NCBI GenBank assembly: GCA_043803745.1
Contig: JAZDJS010000012.1
Span: 1-13,357 of the forward strand
DNA: 13,357 nt
Source: an archaeon
GTDB lineage: Archaea; SpSt-1190; DYHY01
Direction of reading: 5' to 3'
In this document: piece by piece, positions 8,544 through 13,357 of the stretch
Numbering within the stretch: the stretch's first letter is position 1
How the letters are laid out: each line of letters opens with the position of its first letter
The notes under the pieces: generated by a model
Seen by the model: the letters and a program-made list of their open reading frames with translations, nothing else
Database searches by the model: none
Told to the model about the DNA's origin: nothing
Translations under genes and position numbers: made by a program

Positions 8544-8546
8544 TCA

Positions 8547-8564
8547 TTGAGCCTGCAGGCTCAA
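8547..8564. promoter_or_regulatory. Perfect 18-bp palindrome immediately upstream of endoQ
   Basis: TTGAGCCTG-CAGGCTCAA, 4-21 nt upstream of ATG 8543. The palindrome is certain, the function is inferred. Confidence 0.55.
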
Positions 8565-8619
8565 GAATTAACTAATTTTGCGGGTTTTGGCCTATTATTT
8601 GGTTGTTTTCACAAGGAAG

Positions 8620-9459
8620 CTAAATTGCCTCTGCGATTTTCTCAGCTTCTGCAATCTGGGCATATGCCGCGTTGATAACTGGCTCGGAAAGATATAGCTT
8701 TTCTAGATTGAGAAGCACACCATCCCCGAACCTTATCAAGGCGTCAAAAATCCCCGGAACCAGGATTTTCCTCTGCGCTTCGGAAGCGAGCTTCTCAGCA
8801 GAAACGGAAATTCCCAGAATCGGGGGAATGTTCTTGGTTTCAATTGTTTTCGGAAGGTAGAGCTCTCCGGCGAAGCAGTCCCCAGTAAATTGATATCTCC
8901 GGAATTCCGATTTGTATGGAATTTCGCCAAGCGGAATATTCGGACCTTTTACAACCTGGCTTTTCCCAAGCTTAACAGGACTTGAGAAAACACCCCCCAC
9001 CGCAGGATCCCCGTCAACCAGTGCGTCAAGATAGGTTTGGAAGGGCGCAAGAACGCCAGGCCTCTGCAGAACGTCATTTGGCAGTTCCAAATCAGTATCT
9101 GCGGTCCGGATTTTTGGGTGTTGCTCAATTGTCGGGACAATGTAGAAACAGTCCGTTTTTCCGCCGGGTGGAATAACTTCCCTGAACTCAAATTTCATTG
9201 AACCGTCGACTAGGTAATTCCTATGCTCTTCAACGGGTTCTGCTTCCGGGGCTGCTGGCGAACTTCCCGCAATAAAATCAACCACTTTATTTACAAACGC
9301 AATGACTGGATTACTGGAATTTCCTTGGTCTTCTAGTTCCTCTGTCGGACCCCATGTGCAGTGGAACTTCAGGTAACCTCTCCCAGCGCCTTTGAAACCG
9401 CTTGTGTTAACGTCATGCCAATTGGCAAGCAAGTCGCCAAAAGGAGTCTGACTTGTCAT
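8620..9459 (-). CDS. Hypothetical protein (orphan, lower GC than flanks)
   Basis: 279-aa ORF with ATG start and its own TATA (TTTAAAA at 9482-9488). No recognisable family motif. Three sampled 60-nt lines are 40-48% GC. Confidence 0.75.
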   Translation of the reverse strand: MTSQTPFGDLLANWHDVNTSGFKGAGRGYLKFHCTWGPTEELEDQGNSSNPVIAFVNKVVDFIAGSSPAAPEAEPVEEHRNYLVDGSMKFEFREVIPPGGKTDCFYIVPTIEQHPKIRTADTDLELPNDVLQRPGVLAPFQTYLDALVDGDPAVGGVFSSPVKLGKSQVVKGPNIPLGEIPYKSEFRRYQFTGDCFAGELYLPKTIETKNIPPILGISVSAEKLASEAQRKILVPGIFDALIRFGDGVLLNLEKLYLSEPVINAAYAQIAEAEKIAEAI

Positions 9460-9481
9460 TCTTACCCGGAGCGGCAGCTGT

Positions 9482-9488
9482 TTTTAAA
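9482..9488 (-). promoter_or_regulatory. TATA box for the 8620..9459 gene
   Basis: TTTAAAA 23-29 nt upstream of ATG 9459. Confidence 0.55.
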
Positions 9489-9521
9489 TGTTACCCTTCC
9501 AAAGGGGTTCCTATGTTTTCT

Positions 9522-9594
9522 TCATCCAATATACCTGAACTCGTCTGGCTTCCCGCCCCTCGAGTCGGAAATCATGGACTTTTCGATTTTCCCT
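9522..9594 (-). repeat. Direct repeat, orphan copy of the PAC2 gene 3' end (att-like)
   Basis: 9529-9589 is identical to 10305-10365 (61 bp). Encodes IEKSMISDSRGGKPDEFRYIG* ending ATT GGA TGA. Confidence 0.95.
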
Positions 9595-9664
9595 CCGGGA
9601 TTTCGCTTCCGCTCAACCTTCTCGAGAAACGCAGTTTTCCCGAACGGGTCTCCACCCAGTCCAG

Positions 9665-10291
9665 TTATTTTTCCAGATTTTTCCCGAATTTCTTCGCATA
9701 ATAGTCCGCTCTCAATCTGAGGAGTTTTTCAAGGAGCATTTTTCCAGTTGCGGTTTTGAAGAGCGGCCCTTCCCGCCCGATTTCCTCCTTTAGGAACCTT
9801 TCATTTGCCTCAACGCCATAGAAAGGCCTTTTCCCCTCGGGCCAAACTGCCCCGAGAACGTCCGCCTCGAAAAGAAGGGTTCCAAGAAGGTTTTTTGCCA
9901 TGCCCAGGCGGTCGTGGGTTCCAACCAGTTCCACAATCTTTCCTTTGTCGCTTTTTGAGAGGAAATCGAAGGACTTTTCCGAGAGAAGTTCGGAAGTCTT
10001 CCGCGCGCCGATTTCTGCGTGGGACTTTTTCGCAGCTTGGACATCTGAATAGTCAGACGAATTTTTCTCATCTCCGAACGTTTCAGAATATCCCCAGTCG
10101 TGGCAATAGCAGGCAATCATGAGAAGCACGCGCCCTTTTTCAGAAACGTTCACCTTTCTCGAAAGAAGTTTCCCATATTTCACGACAGCCTTTGTATGGG
10201 GAACATCGAACTTGCGCCGCCCGTGCTCAAGCTCCGGGAAAATTCGCCTCTTGAGGAGCCGCTCTAGGTTTTTTGAAAGAACGCCCCGCAT
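9665..10291 (-). CDS. HD-domain metal-dependent phosphohydrolase
   Basis: PHTKAV ... IACYCHDWGY ... SHAEIGA ... GTHD ... EADVL matches the H..HD..H..H..D pattern. Starts 6 nt after the PAC2 stop. Confidence 0.88.
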   Translation of the reverse strand: MRGVLSKNLERLLKRRIFPELEHGRRKFDVPHTKAVVKYGKLLSRKVNVSEKGRVLLMIACYCHDWGYSETFGDEKNSSDYSDVQAAKKSHAEIGARKTSELLSEKSFDFLSKSDKGKIVELVGTHDRLGMAKNLLGTLLFEADVLGAVWPEGKRPFYGVEANERFLKEEIGREGPLFKTATGKMLLEKLLRLRADYYAKKFGKNLEK

Positions 10292-10297
10292 TTCTGC

Positions 10298-10369
10298 TTA
10301 CCCGATATACCTGAACTCGTCTGGCTTCCCGCCCCTCGAGTCGGAAATCATGGACTTTTCGATTTCCCT
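10298..10369 (-). repeat. Direct repeat, in-gene copy (PAC2 3' end)
   Basis: Partner of 9522-9594. Ends ATC GGG TAA. Confidence 0.95.
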
Positions 10370-11074
10370 TGCCTTGGCAATTGCCCGGTCCATCTCAACC
10401 GAGCGCTCGTCCAAATCCTTCATGTCAAGCCTGAGCTTCAGAAGCTTGCAGAGCTCGAGCAGCACGTGCTTTGCTGCCTTGGCGTCGGTGAACATGGGCC
10501 GCGAGAGAGTCTCGCCCATGAGGCAGATCCCCTCGACGCCCTCGATTTTACCCAGGCCCAGCAGGAGCCCCGATGCCCCGATTATTATCCCGACGCGCTC
10601 GCCCTTCTCGAACTTCACCCCGAGCTTCTCGTATTTCTTCTTGAATTCCGGCTGCGTGACGGCGCCGATTACCTTCGGAGTTTTCGGAAGGACCGGAACC
10701 CCGAACCCCCCGAGCGTGTACATCTGCTTCACTCCGTAGGGCTTGACGAAATCAAGCATCGCCTTCACAATCTCATAATGTCCGTGGGGCGTCATCGACT
10801 GTATGTCGCCGGTTATTATTATCAGATCCGGCTCCCCCTTCTTTTTCGAGCGGTAGTAGTAGAACTCGTTCCGGGGGAGGTCTATCGTGTCATCCTCGTT
10901 GACGAAAACATGGTAGGGATAGTGGTCGGAATAGAGCTCGGCGAATTTTTTTGCCTTGAGCTTCTCTATGAAATATTCGCTCGCAACCTTCCCTACGTTC
11001 CCTATCCCGGGCAGACCTTCGACAAGAATGGGATTCCTAAGCTTCGGCTTTTCAATTACGTTCCAGATTATCAT
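10298..11074 (-). CDS. Proteasome assembly chaperone PAC2 family protein (PbaB-like by synteny)
   Basis: PILVEGLPGIGNVGK, LIIITGDIQ, YTLGG, IIGASGLLLG, CLMGET, C-terminal RYIG. Conserved position after nop10. Confidence 0.93.
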   Translation of the reverse strand: MIIWNVIEKPKLRNPILVEGLPGIGNVGKVASEYFIEKLKAKKFAELYSDHYPYHVFVNEDDTIDLPRNEFYYYRSKKKGEPDLIIITGDIQSMTPHGHYEIVKAMLDFVKPYGVKQMYTLGGFGVPVLPKTPKVIGAVTQPEFKKKYEKLGVKFEKGERVGIIIGASGLLLGLGKIEGVEGICLMGETLSRPMFTDAKAAKHVLLELCKLLKLRLDMKDLDERSVEMDRAIAKAREIEKSMISDSRGGKPDEFRYIG

Positions 11075-11134
11075 TTTTCCTTCGCTCCATTTGTTTTTGT
11101 TCTAGCCCAGCTTTCTTGCTGGATTTCGTTTCAC

Positions 11135-11245
11135 TCAAGCTCGGACTTCGGCATCCGCCTCGGCCTTTTTTGCACGTTCCATATTTGCTGGTTCGGTCAT
11201 CCTCAGACGGTCCAGCTTCACAGGGAACTGCGGATTCCCATTTCA
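11135..11245 (-). pseudogene. Possible decayed tandem copy of the nop10 3' half
   Basis: Ends KAEADAEVRA-TGA versus nop10 KASAEAKVKI-TGA. Upstream shares GAAATG, GAGGAT and AAATAT anchors in the same order, with frameshifts. Manual alignment only. Confidence 0.4.
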
Positions 11246-11257
11246 CTTATCATAGGT

Positions 11258-11440
11258 TCAGATTTTGACTTTAGCCTCAGCGCTGGCCTTGGCCTCCGCC
11301 TTCATCATCCGCCGATATTTTCCGTAGGTATCCTCTGGGGAAAACTTGGCGGGGTGAGGCGAGCTTGCCGGGGCGCCGCATTTCGGGCAGGCAGCCCTGA
11401 GTGTGTATGCTTGGCACGAGCCGCAGCGCCGTATTATCAT
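11258..11440 (-). CDS. nop10: H/ACA RNP protein Nop10
   Basis: RRCGSC..YTL...CPKCG....PHPAKFSPEDTYGKYRR. Overlaps the eIF2 alpha stop (ATGA). Confidence 0.96.
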   Translation of the reverse strand: MIIRRCGSCQAYTLRAACPKCGAPASSPHPAKFSPEDTYGKYRRMMKAEAKASAEAKVKI

Positions 11441-12282
11441 ACTTTGACTTCCTCCTCCTTGTTGCCGTCCTTGATCAGCGCGAAATCGAACCGCGTACCC
11501 TCCTTCTTGGCAGCCTTTGCCATGCCCTCGGCAATCCCCCTGAGCTGGCGCTCCGCAGTCTTGTAATCCTTCGCAGTGAGCGAAATCCGGTATTTCGGGG
11601 CGCTTATGTAGGACACTTGCGCGCCGGCTTTCCCGGCAATTGCAAGAACCCTCTTTACGGCAGCGACACCGTCCTCCGCAAAGCTTGAAAGTTCGACGGA
11701 CGCCTTGAGCTCGACATCCTGGAACGTAATGTTGTCCTTCCCGGTTTCCTCGAAAACCTTGGAAACCTCCGGGGAGAACCCGCGTTCGGCAAGAGCGCCG
11801 GCCCCGAGGCGCGCGCCAGCTTCGAAGGCGAAATAAACCTCGGTGAATTCCTTTTCAATCCTCTCGAGCAGCTCCCCATCGACGGTTATCTTCCGCCGGG
11901 CAATCTCGAGCATTTTCGAGGTCTTTTTCGCCCGCTTGACCTGCTCGAACTTTTGCTTCTTGTCAACCTCGCTAACCCGCTTGAGGGAAAGTGTGATGTG
12001 CCTTTTTTCCAGGTTGACCGCCATCACAAGGCAGACAATGCTCTTGTCCTCCTTCACAATCGACCTGATGTTCTTGACCCATGAGGATGATATCTCCCCG
12101 ATCGGAATCATCCCTTCAAGGTTGTGGAATTCCTCGAGGCGCGCGAAAGCGCTCGTCGGATAAACGGTCGTGACTGTGCAGAGCACGAGGTCTCCCTCGA
12201 AGGGAAATCCGTCCCGCTTTTCAATCTGGGGGGGTGCCTGTTCGCTCGGGTTGCCAGTGGCCATTACACTTTGCTCAGACAC
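11437..12282 (-). CDS. eif2a: Translation initiation factor 2 subunit alpha
   Basis: S1 domain (FPFEGDLVLCTV, EISSSWVKNIR, ITLSLKRV) and DGVAAVK..L, YISAPKYRI, DYKTAE. Start is either GTG 12282 or ATG 12264. Confidence 0.96.
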   Translation of the reverse strand: MSEQSVMATGNPSEQAPPQIEKRDGFPFEGDLVLCTVTTVYPTSAFARLEEFHNLEGMIPIGEISSSWVKNIRSIVKEDKSIVCLVMAVNLEKRHITLSLKRVSEVDKKQKFEQVKRAKKTSKMLEIARRKITVDGELLERIEKEFTEVYFAFEAGARLGAGALAERGFSPEVSKVFEETGKDNITFQDVELKASVELSSFAEDGVAAVKRVLAIAGKAGAQVSYISAPKYRISLTAKDYKTAERQLRGIAEGMAKAAKKEGTRFDFALIKDGNKEEEVKV

Positions 12283-12287
12283 AGAAG

Positions 12288-12494
12288 TCAGTCGAACACC
12301 TCAATTATCTTCACGGCCCTTTCGTTTATCAGGCCGCCCTTCGGCTCGACGAGAACCGAATCGCAGACAAGGCATTTTACAATGTTTGCCGGCTTGTTGA
12401 AGATAATCTGCTCGTTCTTGCATTTCTCGCACTTGACCTTCATGAACCTTGACGAGGGGCTCGGTATTGCCTCCCCTTTCTTGCGTTTCACCAT
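12288..12494 (-). CDS. rps27e: 30S ribosomal protein S27e
   Basis: SRFMKVKCEKCKNEQIIF...VKCLVC..VLVEPKGG. Likely start is ATG 12494 (68 aa). The 154-aa track ORF overextends into rpl44e. Confidence 0.95.
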   Translation of the reverse strand: MVKRKKGEAIPSPSSRFMKVKCEKCKNEQIIFNKPANIVKCLVCDSVLVEPKGGLINERAVKIIEVFD

Positions 12495-12499
12495 TTTGT

Positions 12500-12790
12500 T
12501 TATTTGCTCTCCTTCTTCGCTATTTCGAATTTTTTGGCGCGGAACGTGCGGGTCCTCGGCCTCTGCTTTTTGCAGACGGTGCACTCCATCCGGAGATCCT
12601 TTCTCCTCGCAGCCTTTTCGCCGGACGGCTTCGGCCTCGGGAATCCAGTATAGCCGACCGTTTTTCTCCTGTATCTGCGCTGTCCCTCGGCAAGCTCGCT
12701 TGCCTTGTGCTTTTTGACCAGGAGGAGGTGGTGCAAGGTATGCTTCTTGCATTTCGGGCAGTATCCCTGTATGTCCTTGGGTAATTTCAT
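12500..12790 (-). CDS. rpl44e: 50S ribosomal protein L44e
   Basis: MKLPK....YCPKCKKHT.H, GQRRY.RK..GY.GFPRP, LRMECTVCKK. Confidence 0.97.
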   Translation of the reverse strand: MKLPKDIQGYCPKCKKHTLHHLLLVKKHKASELAEGQRRYRRKTVGYTGFPRPKPSGEKAARRKDLRMECTVCKKQRPRTRTFRAKKFEIAKKESK

Positions 12791-12806
12791 TGCCGGAGGA
12801 GGTTGC

Positions 12807-13357
12807 TCAACGGCTTTTTAAAGGTTTGTCGGGGTTTGTCAGGCGCAAAAGTTCCCCAATATGCGCTCCGGCAAAAGGGGAATCCGAGCGAATCCTGAAA
12901 TGGTTCCTGTGCCTTATATGTTTCCAGCCGCGTTTCATTGAATAGTATGCCTTCAGTCGGGAGTCCCTTCCCCCCGGCATTCTTCTTAATTGATGGACCC
13001 CTCCAAGAATCCTTTCCAGCGCAAGCCTTTCTTGGCAAACCAGCTCGAAAACGAAAACCTCAACCCCCGTTTCCTCGAGGGAATAGTAAAGCCTCCGGGC
13101 AGCCGGAATGTCAAAGCAGGTGTCAATGAAAACGGTCCGCACCCCCTTCTTCCAAAAGAGCTCCCGAAGCTTTCTGACCTTTTCAATCTGGGACTGTAGC
13201 CGGATTCGCATAGCTTGCCTATTTGGGAGCCCCTTGAACGAAACCCCGAGCCGCTTTAGGAACCTTTTCCCGAAAAGGTCCGAGTCAAAATAAAAAGAGC
13301 CAGGTTTCTTTGCCAGTTTCCGGGCAAGGGCACTCTTCCCAGTTCCGGGAAGGCCGG
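12807..13357 (-). CDS. P-loop kinase / AAA_33-like protein, 5'-truncated by window edge
   Basis: The frame of track ORF 12807..13211 stays open to the window end, adding GLPGTGKSALARKLAKK..FYFDSD (Walker A). Later VFIDTCF and LALERI fit small-molecule kinases. Confidence 0.85.
   Translation of the reverse strand, partial: GLPGTGKSALARKLAKKPGSFYFDSDLFGKRFLKRLGVSFKGLPNRQAMRIRLQSQIEKVRKLRELFWKKGVRTVFIDTCFDIPAARRLYYSLEETGVEVFVFELVCQERLALERILGGVHQLRRMPGGRDSRLKAYYSMKRGWKHIRHRNHFRIRSDSPFAGAHIGELLRLTNPDKPLKSR
12815..12822 (-). promoter_or_regulatory. TATA box (TTTAAAAA) of the rpl44e operon
   Basis: 25-32 nt upstream of ATG 12790, embedded in the 3' end of the upstream gene. Confidence 0.55.

Larger units (their letters stand above)
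9522..10369 (-). mobile_element. Candidate integrated single-gene mini-cassette (776-bp unit) in the PAC2 3' end
   Basis: HD gene bracketed by direct repeats of the target gene's 3' end, offset 776 bp. No integrase in the window, so mobility is inferred. Confidence 0.55.

Noticed and set aside
9494-9506. CCCTT-CCA-AAGGG hairpin downstream of the orphan PAC2 tail as a terminator
   Set aside because: Only a 5-bp stem with no following U-tract on the minus strand. Too weak to call.
9522-10369. Diversity-generating retroelement TR/VR pair
   Set aside because: Only three synonymous differences, not adenine-specific in one copy, and no reverse transcriptase in the window.
11118-11216. Hammerhead ribozyme (minus-strand CTGAGGA ... 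GAAAC inside a GCTGGA/TCCAGC stem) or C/D box sRNA
   Set aside because: Could not build stem II or a cleavage-site junction. C and D boxes are degenerate and poorly spaced.
11052-11246. 64-aa track ORF between nop10 and PAC2
   Set aside because: GTG start, overlaps PAC2 by 23 nt and has no recognisable motif. Better explained as a decayed or non-coding spacer.
1075-12717. Long antisense ORFs (e.g. 1075..1929, 3122..3892, 10119..10739, 10466..11566, 12124..12717)
   Set aside because: Shadows of well-supported genes on the opposite strand in GC-rich coding sequence.
12495-12752. N-terminal extension of S27e in the ORF track
   Set aside because: Alternate-frame overlap with rpl44e. ATG 12494 gives a normal-length S27e.
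1-13357. CRISPR array, tRNA/rRNA, transposase or integrase
   Set aside because: No regularly spaced repeats, intergenic gaps are short with no cloverleaf seen, and no ORF has recognisable DDE or recombinase motifs.

Overview
Archaeal chromosomal segment, probably from a DPANN-type lineage (inferred from gene content and compact, apparently leaderless promoters). The housekeeping backbone is the rpl44e-rps27e-eif2a-nop10-PAC2 (PbaB-like) operon, endonuclease Q, pelota, AMP phosphorylase and Bud32. Accessory genes sit between them: an HD hydrolase, two AT-richer orphans, a RelE-type toxin-antitoxin pair, a His/Cys DUF4347-like protein and two surface proteins. The most striking structure is a 776-bp unit carrying one apparently promoterless HD gene. 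It is bounded by a direct repeat of the PAC2 3' end (61 bp identical, last three codons synonymously recoded), which looks like a gene-restoring integration scar with no integrase in the window. A second, decayed 3'-end copy appears to follow nop10 in the same operon. No rRNA, tRNA, CRISPR array, transposase or reverse transcriptase was recognised. All calls come from manual reading, with no database searches.
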